From: Octopus sinensis
Lineage: Eukaryota
DNA: 64,000 nt
NCBI RefSeq assembly: GCF_006345805.1
Contig: NC_042997.1
Location: 163,928,001-163,992,000 of the forward strand
Direction: 5' to 3'
Shown piece after piece: positions 38,530 to 51,659 of this stretch; the stretch's first letter is position 1; every line of letters begins with the position of its first letter. The notes under the pieces were generated by a model, which was not told the origin of the DNA, searched no databases, and saw only the letters and a list, made by a program, of their open reading frames with translations. The translations under genes and the position numbers were made by a program.

Positions 38530-39616
38530 TATGAAGACTCACAGCTTATTTTGCTGGGTATGATGGTAAGTGTCAGCTGTCCACAACCAGCAGACTTAGG
38601 TGACACTTGTTTACTGGTCATCCTTCAAGAACCTTGTGAAGAATTCTTGCAGTTCCAAGCAATGCTGATTTTTGCAGGTGTTCTACCTTCACACTTGCAT
38701 CAATCTTTTTTTTACAGCCATGTTGGTAGTTGAGCTGATAATTCCTAGTGCACCAATTTTTATTGGTATCATATCTACTCTCTTCATTAATCACAACCTT
38801 CATATTTCCCACTTTAAATCGTCATAGTTGTTTATTTTTTCTTCTTCTTTCACATTGATCCTGTTGTTACTGGAGCATGCTATGTCGATAATTACACATG
38901 TTCTTTCTTTTTTATTCACCACAACAGTGTCCAGTTTCCAATGTCTACTCAGGTGATCTCACTGGATCATTACATCCCACAGGATTTTGCAGTTCTCATT
39001 TTCAGTGACTCCTTCTGGAGTTTATTCATACCACATCTTTGCTCTTTGTAGGCCGTGATTTCCACAGAGCTCCCAATGGATCATTCTTGCTACATTGTCA
39101 TGGCATCAATTGTATTCATGTTATGCCAATTTCAGGAATTTGCTAATGATGTGCCATACTGTTTCACCCCTCTCACCACACATTCTGCATTTGTCACTAT
39201 CAGTAGTGTTGTCAATTCTGCATATCATATAATTGGTCCTTAACGCTTGTATCTGAGCTGCATATATGCGTGCTTCTCTCTCTGTCTTCAGGTCACTCCT
39301 CTTCATCCATAGCCACCAGTCCTCTGTATTTGTTTTGGCGTTCACATTTCTTGCAAACTGACCATACATCTTTTTTTCCTTCCATACTTTTTTTTTGTTC
39401 ATTTCTTGTTTAAATTTTTCTTTAGTGTCACAATTTTAAGTTTTGATGACACCGGCCTCCTTCATGTGTTTCAACAGTGGCTCTACAGCATTTTTTATAT
39501 ACCACCATAAGCTGTTTTCCTCTTCTTTGATACAGTTCTGGCAAATGATCAAATCTCTGGTCAAGTACAGCCTATCAGTGTCACTCTTAGTAGGGAAGGC
39601 TCCATGTACTGTCAGC
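38530..39616 (-). mobile_element. Older R4/Dong-type LINE 3' fragment (restriction-like endonuclease domain)
   Basis: MYGQF, LKTEREARIYAAQIQALRTNY, CRMCGERGETVWHIISK (CCHC remnant), HLQKSALLGTARILHKVL; (TAA)n-like tail at 38506-38530. Confidence 0.85.
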
Positions 39617-39632
39617 TATTATTATTATTATT

Positions 39633-41565
39633 CTATGTTTGACTTTTGCTTTATGTTTGTACAAGTTGGCTCCAAGTCTCACCCAGAGACCTCAAGAGAC
39701 AACAGGTTGGAAGTTCACGTTGTTGTTATGCCTAGTGTGCCATATATTTGGGGGTTTTTTTTGGTGTTGTACTAGTGAATGTCTAATAAATAAATTTTTT
39801 TAAAAAAAGTTTGTTTTAAACCTTGGGATTACATAGAGAGTATTTTGCATAGGATATGAGCAGTTCCCATGAGCACTATCTATTGAATTTCTGCCATTTT
39901 GGGGTTTCCTGATATCTGAGTTAGGCAGCAATCAACCCCTTTCGCTATCATTCACAGGGCACCTATGACAACAGGTATTGTTTTAGTCTTCAGGTTCCAC
40001 ATTTTGCTGATTTCTATTTCAAGATCTTTATATTTGCTCAGTTTTTGGTAGGTCTTGACAGATACGTTTATATCGATTGGGACAGTCATATCAATGAGGA
40101 GGCATGTTCTTTGTCTGAAGTCTTTCAATATGATGTCTGGCCTATTTGCATCTATCTTTCTGTCAGTTTGAATGGTGAAGTTCCAGAGGAGTGAGATGTG
40201 GTCATTTTCAAGCACTGAAGGTGGATTGTGTTCCCACCAGTTTTTTTCATGGGGCAAATCCAGATTTTTGCAAATTACCCAGTGAATATATTGTGCAGCT
40301 CTATCATGCCTGTTGAGGTACTCTGTAGGCACTAGAAGACTGCACTTGGAGACAACATGATCAATAGTTTCATTTTGTTGTCGACATACACGACATGTTG
40401 GGCTACTGCCGTTCTTTAATATGTTGGCCTGGTTCTTTAATATGTTGGTAGGCATTGATCTTGAGCTGCTATGATAAACCCTTCTGTTTCAGATTTTAAG
40501 CCAGAGGCCATTAGCCATTGATGGGTCAGGGCTTTGTCAATATCTGCATTATTCGCTCTCCTTGGGTATTTGCCATAGAGAGGTTTTTCTTGCCATTTAT
40601 TATTCAGAATATCTAAGGCCGCAGTTTTGGCACGGGTTTTCATGCCCTTAGCTTTTTCTGTGCTTGTTTCTTGTATGTCTATCTCTAATTCCGAAATTTG
40701 TTGTATTCGGAATTCACTTAGATATTCCTTTGCCTGTTTTGTTACTGAGTATGATGCTTTCTTGTTGACATGTTTTGAGACAAGTTTTAACATCCAGTCC
40801 TCAGACTTTTTCAGGTAGGTGTCTAGGCCAATTGTAGCAATCTTCATTGTTATTGTGAAAGACCACGGCCTCCCTCTTTCCTTGGCAGATAAAGTCGTTC
40901 TGTATCTGCCTTAGGATGGTGCATTCTATGCATTGTCAACAGTTTTCGTATTTTTCTGTCAAGCTGACATATTTCAGTAATCGACCAGTTAACGATATTG
41001 AAACTGTAAGTCACGACTGGTATGGCTAATGCAATTGATCGCTTCGATCCTGTTTCTTGCATTCAGCTCTGTCTTGAGTATTGCTCTCACTCTTCGATAA
41101 CATTCTCTCCTGATCCTTTCCTTCATCTCTGAATGCCTTATTCCGTCCCCTTCAATTACCCCTAGGTACTTGTAGCTCTCCGCTGGGTCTAGTTCTTTTG
41201 ACATTCTGCTGGTCAAGGTTTTCGTATGTTAGATGTTTCAGTCATTTTTCCTTTGATAAAGGTAGCTTTTGCACATTTATCGAGGCCAAATTGCATTCTG
41301 ATGTTGTCACTGAATCGTTTGACTATCGCTAGTAAGCCCTTGAGTTGTTGGTCATTTTTTATATTTGATTTATGATTTATATTTTTATCAAACATTTTAT
41401 ACCCGTACTGCGCATCATTGAGCAGTTTTGAGAGAGGTATTAAGGCTAAACGAAAGAGGAGTGGTGACAGTGAGTCACCCTGGAAAATGCTACATGAAAT
41501 TTTTACATCACCAGCATTTAGGGATTCATTGTCACTGTTCAGAGTTAGTGTGGTTCTCCATGATC

Positions 41566-41566
<1 letters not shown>
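39633..41566 (-). mobile_element. Younger R4/Dong-type LINE, 5'-truncated, RT plus CCHC plus RLE, frameshifted
   Basis: IFQGDSLSPLLF, FGLDKCAK, YKYLG, LYLPRKEGGRGL, LKSETEGFIIAAQDQ, CRVC..ETIDHVVSKC, RHD, RPDI, LIDMTVP, K..KYKDL, IPVVIGAL; flanked by (TAA)n on both sides. Confidence 0.92.
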
Positions 41567-41600
<34 letters not shown>

Positions 41601-41815
41601 TGGCGTTAGGAAAGGCATCCAGCTGTAGAAACACTGCCAGATCAGACTGGGCCTGGCACAGCCTTCTGGCTTCCCAGACCCCAGTTGAACCGTCCAACCC
41701 ATGCTAGCATGGAAAACGGACGTTAAACGATGATGATGATGATTATTATTATGATTTATTGTTGTTGTTGTTATTATAATTATAATTATAATTATTATTA
41801 TTATTATTATTATTT
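41567..41815. repeat. (TTA)n tract interrupted by a short RTE 3'-end insertion (41600-41742)
   Basis: Direct inspection; the insert is ggcgttaggaaaggcatccagctg...ggacgttaaacgatgatgat. Confidence 0.9.
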
Positions 41816-42432
41816 TGCACATGTAAGCAAGTACTGTAGATAGATGTTAAGTTCTGAGTGAGGAAAGTTTTAGATACCCAAAAGAACTAATTCATTTCAC
41901 ATGTTACTCACACCTGTAATTTCCATTCATAATGAAAGGCCTCTCATACATGAACACTTGATCTTGCAAAACGTCTTTGTATCAAAGGTATATATGCACA
42001 GCTACCTATTCAATTAATATATGTATGTCTTCTTCATAAAATCACATATTACAACATATGTAAAAAAACAAACTTACCTATCTCTAGACTAAGAGGTAGG
42101 TCTCTAAGTGGTCATTCAACTTGCTAGAAATAGCAGCCAAATATCCAACAAATCATACCCTACCATTTAAACAGAAAGCATACATTGGGTATATCATGTC
42201 TGAAAAGTAAGATAAGATGATCATGGTTGAATGCTAGGTCAGCCAGCTCAGTTAGTGCAGTCATAAACTAAAGAACAGTAACAAACTTTACATAGATCTA
42301 TGACAATCTCTATATTAATGAAATACATTTTTTGTAGAAGTAATTCTAGTATGAATAAATGAAAAATGTAATTCTCTAGCTTGAATAAATGAAAAAATGT
42401 TGCTAAATTACTCATGAATAAATAAATATATT

Positions 42433-42615
42433 ATGGTGTGGCCGTATAGTTGAGAAGCATGCTTCCCAACCATGTGGTCTAGAGTTCAGTTCCACTACAC
42501 AGCACCTCGGGCAAGTGTCTTCCAAAAGTAGAAGGTCAACTAAAGCTTTGTGAGATGATTTGGTAGTCAGAAACAGAAAAAAGCTCATCATATACAAGTG
42601 TGTGTGTGTGCGTGC

Positions 42616-42655
<40 letters not shown>

Positions 42656-42970
42656 ACATGTGTGAGCACGTGTGTGTGTGTGTGCTTATGCTTTGTCATC
42701 CACCACCACATGACAACTAGTGTTGGTTTGTTTATATTCCTGTAACATAGAGATTGTTAAGTGAATATTCTATCAATTTGTCATGGGTCTATGTAAAGGT
42801 TGTTACTGTAAGTTAGTGCTTCGGCAAAAAGAGATTAATAAAATAAGTACTAGGCTTAAAAAGTAAAAAAAAAAAGTATTGGGGTTGATTTCTTTCATTA
42901 AATCCTTCTGGGCAGTGCCCCAGGATGTTATGGCTGCAGTTCAATGACTGAAACAAGTAAAAGATAAAAA
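42433..42970 (+). mobile_element. SINE family A with inverted templated insertion (42747-42809)
   Basis: Head, (TG)n and tail as in other copies; extra sequence inside the gtaac|ttag motif. Confidence 0.85.
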
Positions 42971-43354
42971 AAAAAAGATGTATCTATATCTATCTATCTA
43001 TATATATTTGTGTGTGTGTGTATGTGTGTGTATGTATAAGTGAACACACACATATACGTACATATGTACACACACATGATTAGCTGCTTACACACATACA
43101 CAAACATATGTAACAGACATAGAAACATAAAACCGTGTTACAGAAAATGGTGAACCAGTGAAAATGACAATGTTAACTTGGTATCAACTTCCTGCTTTTA
43201 TGTCAATCACTCCACCTTATACTCTTGATAAAGAAAATAATTGCTTTTTCTGAATCAAAACACACAGACATTTCGATATAACTACAGTTACAGACATGTG
43301 CACAGACACACACACACACCCTCACTGATATCAATATATAGAGATAGATTATAT

Positions 43355-43686
43355 ACAAGCTGACCAAAGCCTTATGAGTATATCTGGTAGATAGAAACTA
43401 AAATAAGTCCATTATACACACAGACACATTGTATGTATATGTGTGTCTATACGTGTATGTTTGTGTCTCCTTATCTCGACTTTGCATGGTTGTTGCAAAT
43501 GAATGCCATTCATTTCTAAATTTCTGTATAACCCTGTCTGGCTGTAGGGAAATATCACCTTGCTTGGAAACGGGTATGGGTTGGTGACAGGAAGGATATC
43601 CAGCTATAGAAAATCTGCCTCAAGAAATTCCATCTGACCCATGCAAGTATGAAAAAGTGGCTGTTAAAACAATGATGATGATGATG
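43355..43686 (+). mobile_element. SINE family A2 (RTE-type tail)
   Basis: gaccaaagcctt...gggaaatatcaccttgcttggaaac...gacaggaaggatatccagctatagaa...gacccatgcaagtatg...atgatgatg. Confidence 0.75.
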
Positions 43687-45384
43687 CAAATATTTACACA
43701 AATACACTGGAGTATACAGTTACATGCAGACATGCACACACAGACTTATACGCATATACACATGGCCAGAGACAGAAATAAGTATTGGGATTCATGTGAC
43801 TGACTAAACCCTTTAAGATTGAAACAAGTAAAATAATTATTTTCTAATTTGGCACAAGGCCAGAAAGCCTGTGGAATAATAAAAGTATCAAAGATAGTGC
43901 TCTGGGAATGTGCTTTCATTTAATACCCATTTTTCCATGAAAGCAAAGGTTGGACAGGGGTAGAATTTTATTGTCAAATGCTTTTTCTGCAGGTAATTCT
44001 TACCTGTTTTCCAATAAAGGTTTTTTTTTTATTCTACAAGTCTTTGAAAGCACAAAATGACCAATCATATTGTCAATAATGTAAACATCATTCATCACTT
44101 CACTCAAGCGAAGCCATGGGTTGTCATTATCCATGCACTTTTTCTCTTTACACACACACAGACACATATACATATAAATACATATACGCAACAAGCTAAC
44201 CATTCATATAGGCCCAGGCCTATAGTAGAATATGCTTACCAAAAATGCTACTGAAATTGCTCTGTATATAGTGATTTCATGAAACATCTATGTGTGTGTA
44301 CATGCATGCAGTCGTACATAAAAATCACATGGTTGCTAAGATTTTGGTACAAACAAGTCGGTAAAAAAGAGGGGACTCGTTAATGAAAATAGAGGGTCAA
44401 AATGTTTATTACAAAGGTAACTTCAAATTTCATTACTCTGAGTTTCATGTCTCTGATCTTCAAAAATCAATTTGAGGAATGAAATTGAAAACTTTTGATA
44501 AGAATAACTGATGTCACAAGGATAACATTATATCTTCTGCATTGTTGGAATGTTGTGTCCCTGGAAATCTTGCAACAACATGAAATTCCCTAACACAAAA
44601 CATATTTCCTATTAACATTCATATAACATGGGAACCAATAAAAATAGGTTTGAATGACAGAATTCCATGTTATGGCAAAATTCTCAGAGATGCAATGTTT
44701 CCCTAATGCAGAGGATGCTTGAATTCAGATAGGCAAGTAAAACAAAGTCAATAAGGAGTTAGAAATTTTTGAGAAAATGTGAAATATTTTTTTTTTTTTT
44801 TTTGGAACAGTGAATCTTGAAGCACCAGCCTTTGACTTTTTCTATTCAAGGATTTTCTTAACCCAATGTTTACATGCTATTATTTATAGCTTTATCTGCT
44901 TCGAGAGTCATTGTTCCTAAAATGGAAATATTTGGCTGAAAGTGAGTGCAAAAATAAAATCAAATAAATACAAAAAATACTTGATTGGATACGTATGCAA
45001 AGACAATAAATTAATTTAAAACAAATAAATAAAATAATTATAGAATTTGAGAATGAATGACATCTTGTGAATGAATTTACCCTAAAATAATTGCAATTTG
45101 TATGATTGAATTTTACTATTATTTCTGCATTTTATTTTTAGTCATTTGATTTTAGTTAGTTGATTTTTATCATTGGATATGCATCAAATCAAATATTTTC
45201 TATTTTAAAAAATTTTATCTTTATACATGAATCCTTTTTGCTTTCATTATGTGAATATTTTTATTAATGGTTTCCTGTATCATTCCTTAAATCTTGTTTG
45301 AAGATTGGAAAACTTGAAATTCAGAAACAAGAAATGTGAAGTTTCAGCTTTTATAAAGATATATATGTACACACACACATACAA

Positions 45385-45520
45385 CATCATCATCATTGTT
45401 TAATATCCGTTTTCCATGCTAGCATGGGTTGGACGGTTCAACTGGGGTCTGGGAAGCCAGAAGGCTACGCCAGGCCCAGTCTGATCTGGCAGTGTTTCTA
45501 CAGCTGGATGCCCTTCCTAA
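45385..45520 (-). mobile_element. RTE 3'-end insertion, near-identical reverse complement of 41607-41742
   Basis: Direct comparison by eye shows only a few mismatches over ~135 bp. Confidence 0.9.
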
Positions 45521-45699
45521 CATAATAAATAAAAATGTATGGACAGGCTGAAACAGAATTACTCACTTTTGCCAGCTTGGTGGACTAGAGCAAAGTGAAA
45601 TGAAATGTTTTGCTCAAGAACACAACACATTGCCCAGTCCAGGATATATGTTATATATATATATATAATTACAATTTGACTTAGCTTCACATTATTTAA

Positions 45700-46450
45700 A
45701 ATTTCATGGATGTAGGACATATCCATTTTACCAGATTTTGGAGGTAGAACAGAGAATTTAAAATGGTTTCTAGGCATTTAGGCCTTCATTGGTCAGTTCA
45801 GCTCATGTAGCTTTTTATGTTGATGTCATGCAGTCAGCATGTTGGTGCACTTTGTTAGCATTCAGCAACACCAGTTCCTGATATTGGATACCACATATGG
45901 TGGGGTAGATAAGATATTGACATCAATCAACCTATTAATCATCCTTATGTAGAGTGTAGTGCTTTGGTAATGACAGTTATCATATGGGTGATTGTTGACC
46001 AATTGTTATCATATGGGTGAATTGTTGACCAGTTGAACAGTGTAAGATTACAAATGAGTTCACATGACCGACATGAGTTGGCTGCAACCTTTACAGATAG
46101 CAGGAATTATATATCCTGCCATTCTGTTAGCCAACTAGGCATAGTTTGGTATGTTAGGGTTATCAGCAGTCAAAGACTTGAAGTTCATAAGCACATTGAT
46201 ACCCCTGGTGACAACAATAAGATAGCTAGTTGTTCCTATTGACGGATACTATATATGCAGTTTCTTACTTTGGCAATTACAAGCTACAGAGGAGTAATGA
46301 ATAGCCTTGTTAAGGATGTTCCTTGTGATATTGGGGAAATCATTTCAATGGTTCTGAAGTCTCCTGTCCCTTCACCTAAAGGAATCAAACTGTTATTAAA
46401 TAAATGTATCTCCAACCAAATATATTCAGTGCTGCTTTCCTTCATATATC
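45700..46450 (-). mobile_element. Possible old I/Ingi-like LINE fossil
   Basis: Weak interrupted minus-strand remnants (DFRTIE, KVAA, PTP-like); heavily decayed. Confidence 0.3.
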
Positions 46451-46989
46451 CACACACACTCTCATATCAGTAATACTTTATACTATAGAGACAATATGTT
46501 AATTGGCAGAGCACAATAAAGCATACATTTACATCTCTTTTGATAACAATGTTTCATTAAGTCAAAGATGTTTATGATAATGAGACAGACATTAGATTGA
46601 GGTTATGAAAAAAATTGTTCATTTGTTGAGAGAGATTTCTATAGCTGGCTGCCCTTCTCATTGATGACTGCTATCTGTTTTCAAGTAAGGTAATATTTCC
46701 CCGTGGCCAGACGTACTGTTACAGATGATTGAAAATAACTTTAGATGTTTTTGTTATTTAGCTCTTGGTTACCTGTAATCAAGCACACCTATAATCAAAG
46801 AATTCTAGCCATGGTCATTTTGTCTTAGTTTTAGACAATATATTCAGGACCACATTTATCAATGTGTCATTACCTTTTTTAAGATGGAAAAGTGTAATCT
46901 TCAAGATATTTGGCTGTTAGTTCTAGATTAAGCAATCATATACAGGCTCCCCTGATGGTTTGTTTAGTTGTTATTTGTATAGACATCAC

Positions 46990-47285
46990 AAGAACAACTA
47001 TATGAGTAATATTTTGAATGGAGCTTGAATACAAAATGATAAGATCCCAGAGCTCATTGTCTGGTGAATTGCATGGCATACTTAATAATGCAGGTGGAAG
47101 AAAAAAAAAGCACCCAGTCCACACTCTAAAGTGGTTGGCATTAAGAAGGGAATCCATCAGTAAAAAACATGCCAACGTAAACATTGGAACCCAATGCAAT
47201 CTTTGGACACTTCAGATCCTGTCAAACTGTTCAACTCATGCCAGTATGAAACATGGCAAATATAAGATGATGATGATGGTGATGT
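46990..47285 (+). mobile_element. RTE 3' UTR fragment
   Basis: aaaaagcacccagtccacactc...ggttggcattaagaagggaatcc...gatgatgatg. Confidence 0.7.
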
Positions 47286-47857
47286 AAAGAAGATAAGTTA
47301 TTTATAGCAATAGTGATTTCTTTTGCCTAGAATCAAAGCATTCTTTATAAATAAAGTAAATACAGTCGATTAAAGTGACTGCATAGCTTTTTGGTTCTTA
47401 CTTTATCGAATTATCTTCACCTTCCTTGTAAGTTTCCATTAGGATCAAACCACAATATAACAGATGTTATGCACTTGATAATGGCCAATATACTACCACC
47501 ATTGGTGTCTGTTGATGACAAGATCAGTAGCTTCATTAAATCTAATGGTTATATCATTATTAAATCTTATGGTTATGTCATCATTAAATTGTAAAATGTA
47601 TATCCTTCATAAATCTCTGATACAATAAGGTTTTGTAGTAAGTTCTATAATTCAAAAGAGAGGTTAGTCATATATTTGGTTTTCTCAAAGTGTGTCTCAT
47701 CAAAATTAATCTTTTTGAATGTAAATGCTGTCATATGAAAAAGTTATGCACTCAGCTGCTTATAAATTTATTATTTGTATAAAATGAACTCCAGAGGAAA
47801 ATTATAAAAGAGAAGGACATCCAGTAGTTATTGTCTCTGCTGGTGTTTTTGTTATTG

Positions 47858-48088
47858 TCAGGAATGGCTGTGTGGTGAAGAAGCTCACTTCCCAACTAGA
47901 TGGTTTCAGGTTCAGTCTTACAGCATGGCATCTTGTGTAAGTGTCTTCCATAGCCCTGAGTCAACCAAAGCCTTGTGAGTGGATTTGGTAGATGGAAACT
48001 GAAAGAAGTTCACCATGTGTGTGTGTGTGCATGTGTGTGTGTGTGTGTGTGTGTATGTGTGTGTATGTGTGTGAGTGAGTGAGTGAGT

Positions 48089-48120
<32 letters not shown>

Positions 48121-48372
48121 GGGAGTGTATGTGTTTGTGTCTCCTTCTCTTGACATTGCATAAGAGTTCTAAATGAATGTCACTATCATACAAGCACTGC
48201 CATTCTTTTCCAGTGTTCAGTAAAACATGTTCAACCAAAGAGGAAATATTACCTTAGAAGCAGGTGAGGGCTGGTGACAGGAAGGGCATCAGGCCATAGA
48301 AAATCTGCCTTGATAAAAACTCCACCTGACCCATGCATGCATGGAAGAAGTGGACGTTAAAATGATGGTGAC
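47858..48372 (+). mobile_element. SINE family A2, full length, with (TG)n(GA)n
   Basis: Family A head plus RTE-type tail ending gtggacgttaaaatgatgg. Confidence 0.8.
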
Positions 48373-50329
48373 ATTGATAGTGAGCTCAATCCTATACAAC
48401 AGAACTACTTTAATGTAAGCTTTGAAGATTAGTATTCCAATTCTATTACTATCTGATACAAATACAAAAATAGTAGTGTTATGTAACTAGTGTTTTTGTC
48501 TAAAAGTGTTTCCACTTTCTGTCATGTCACATCCAAAGAAACAAAAATCTGTGATAATACAAATTCGAGTTTTTCAGACAGTAGTATGTACAACTGTGAA
48601 GTTCAGGTCACCAAACATACATTGGTTTGGTTTTAATTCATTGATTTTTAGAACCACTTTTACAAATGTGGTTTTAATACTTATGAGTTGTTTGTGAGCT
48701 GCCAAGGTGTTATTGCTACAGAAGAATAAAGAGCAAAGTCGATCTCTACCTTACTGGCAAAATTTAAGGTAAAAGGTATGTAGACACTAGATGAAATAAC
48801 AAAGAATATATAAAAACCAGACTCTCAGGAGATTCGTGATGATCTTTGATGGCAAAAATAACTTACATTTTGCATGCTCTGTGTAAAATGTATATTTTCA
48901 TGTTTTGAGAAGGGTGCTTCTTCAGAGAGAAAAATGAATTGCCCAAAATGTTAGAATCCATGTTTTCCCAATATAATATGAACAGATAACAAAAGATTTA
49001 GTTTAGTTCCCTATTATCTTAAGCAAGAGTGGGAACTCTTTTTAGTACCAGGAGTGAATTGCAAGTGAATTGCAATAAGAACCTGGGTTGACATCTGTGC
49101 AGAGAAAAACAAAATTTTAAAATTACAAATTCATGAGTATGAATGTGATCATGCTAAGCAGCATTAATTAAAATGTTACAATGCATTAATTTGCAAGGCA
49201 ATTATAATACTTTAAATATAATAACACCAAAGATGCCAAAGAGTCTAATGTTTTAAATGTAGTGAAGCTTCTTACACTACAACTTAATGAAAATGTTAAT
49301 TCTGCTTTGAAATACTTAGAGAAATTATATGACACTGATGGATAATGCAGCATTTCTTGGTTGTTGGTTTGTAAAATTAGTCAAGTACATAAGTTGTTCT
49401 TGATTAAATTTGATGCTGTCAAACATTTTCACATTAGTAAATAAGAGAAAATAGTGATAGAATTTTCAATGTTTATCTCAAAACTGGGTATTTTCCATTG
49501 TCTCCATATGATTTATAACATTCCAATTAAATAGATAAGCTATTAAATTTGGATATCAAAGTACGACCTAGTTGTAAATTAACTCAAGTGTAAGGAACCA
49601 AGGACTTCATCTTGCATTGCACTGAAAAGAATTTTGCATATTCATAGTTTGAGTTATGTAAATTTCAAAGCCTTTTTTAAAATTAATCCAAAAGATTGAA
49701 ACAATCTACTGTACACTATACTGGCAATTCTGATTTCTGTTATATTTCATTTATTTATTTTTAGTGTTGGAAAATGTACAATACAGTTTGTTTTCAGATG
49801 ATATTAAAACAATCACAGCAGGACTCAATGTTCTTAATATTGACATAAACCTTCTTGTAATTTCAAACTTGGATAATTTATTTGGTAAATAATATCCATC
49901 AAAAAACCCAAGTCATATAACCATTTTTGGTTCTTTAATGCCATACTGGCAATGCTTTGACATTCATGAAAAGTTTCACTTCATTTTGCAGGTCCTAACT
50001 GCACTAGAAATTATACCCTTTATTTAATCAATAAAAATCACAATAATACAAAATTCACCATATTCCACTTCAATTTCCTTCATCTCTTCTTTAAGACCTT
50101 TGATCTCTGTTGCTGAAATCCCTGTTTTTTATCAAATCAATACATTGTCTTATCACTTTCATTGTATTGTTCATTCTTAAAGAATGCGCATAGAAATTTT
50201 ATAGGTGAATATGATACTGATATTCTATTCATGTATTAGAATAAAGTTTATGGTTCTCCTGTTCTGTCTAGATTAAAGTTGTCTGTAACTATTGCATTAA
50301 GTTTTTATATTTAATATTTTGGGTAGGTT

Positions 50330-51120
50330 GCCAGCACCAAAACCACTCTTTCTCTCCAAGTGTTCCTGCTATCCATGACATTATTGAGGTCTGCTGTTTG
50401 TAACTAGATATCAAGAGAGAGTTGATCAATGCATGTCATTCTGGGTCATCTGACATGAGAATTGCCATAGCTTGGGACCTACAAAAAGAGTTCACTCACT
50501 CAGACATCTTTGCTTTGGTAGCAATAACTAGCATATCTTGTCCTCTCCTCTCAGATGAGTGATGATATGTTGGGGATATTTTCATAAGGCTCATCTTTTC
50601 TTGGGTGCTGTTTCCATAATTTGTTGAGGAGTGCATGCAATGTATGTGTGCAGGTCCCATTAAGCTTGTTTTCTATCTTTTTCATCAGAACCCATGCTGA
50701 TGAACTGTAAAGAACTGATCTTACTCTGGCTGTATAGAATTCCCTTTTCACCCAGAAGGCAATGTAGACTTCCCAAATTATTCTTAATTTGTCCAATGTG
50801 GAAATCCTTTATTGTCGATTGGATCTCATTAAAAAAGTTCTTCACCTTTGCATTGATTTTAAAGCAAGCAAATCTAGTGTTGTAAAATTTATATTTATCC
50901 TACAATATAAATATAGCCAACTTTATTGTATATACTGTTTTTTGTTGTCTCATGATGTCACAACTACAGGTAAGAAATTAAATACAAATTCTGATATCGC
51001 TTGTTTCAATGATACTTAGATATCATTAGCATTAGCCATGTCCTTTATGCACACACACACACACACATGCCCTTAGTATCTGATGAGATGATGGTGTCCG
51101 ACATGCCCATGAACCTTAAG
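50330..51120 (-). mobile_element. Second RTE-clade LINE family, degenerate ORF2 C-terminus
   Basis: KLRIIW, VRSVLYSSSAWVL..KIENKLNGT, LNKLWKQHP, ERRTRYASYC remnants. Confidence 0.7.
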
Positions 51121-51164
51121 TAATGTGGAGCTGAGTCAAACTGTTATTAAAAACTTAAATATAT

Positions 51165-51545
51165 AGGCACAGGTGTGGCTGTGTGGTAAGAAGCTTGCTT
51201 CCCAACTACATGCTTCAGGGTTCAGTCACGCTGTGTGATACCTTGGGCAAAGTGTCTTCTACTATAGCCTTGGGCTGCCAACCCTTGTGAGTGGATCTGG
51301 TAGACAGAAACTGAAAGAAGCCCGTCATATATATATATATATATATATGTATATGTTTGTGTGTGTCTTTGTTTGTTCCCCCACCATTACTTGACAACCG
51401 ATGCTGGTGTGTTTACACCTCTGTAACTTAGTGGTTCAGTAAAAGAGACAAAGAATAAGTCCCAGGGTAGATTTCTTCAACTAAAACCCTTTATGGCAGT
51501 GATCCAGCAAGGCTGCAGTCAAATGACTGAAATAAGTAAAAGAAT
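51165..51545 (+). mobile_element. SINE family A
   Basis: ggcacaggtgtggctgtgtggtaagaagcttgc ... aaatgactgaaataagtaaaag. Confidence 0.85.
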
Positions 51546-51659
51546 ATATCTAATTCCTACCAAATGTGTCAAGAGCTACTTTATTTCAATTGTTCACTCA
51601 CCCACATACATGTGTGTGTATGTGCACATGTGTGTGTGTGTATTTATGTAGTTGTTTGT

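Noticed and set aside
43975-44015. CAG|GTAA motifs on both strands (recursive splice site candidate)
   Set aside because: Lies in a decayed SINE tail, and the minus-strand site lacks a polypyrimidine tract. The better-looking site at ~34505-34520 is on the strand opposite to inversin.
48480-50300. Possible decayed DNA-transposon coding region
   Set aside because: I could not recover diagnostic motifs or termini by eye; left unannotated.
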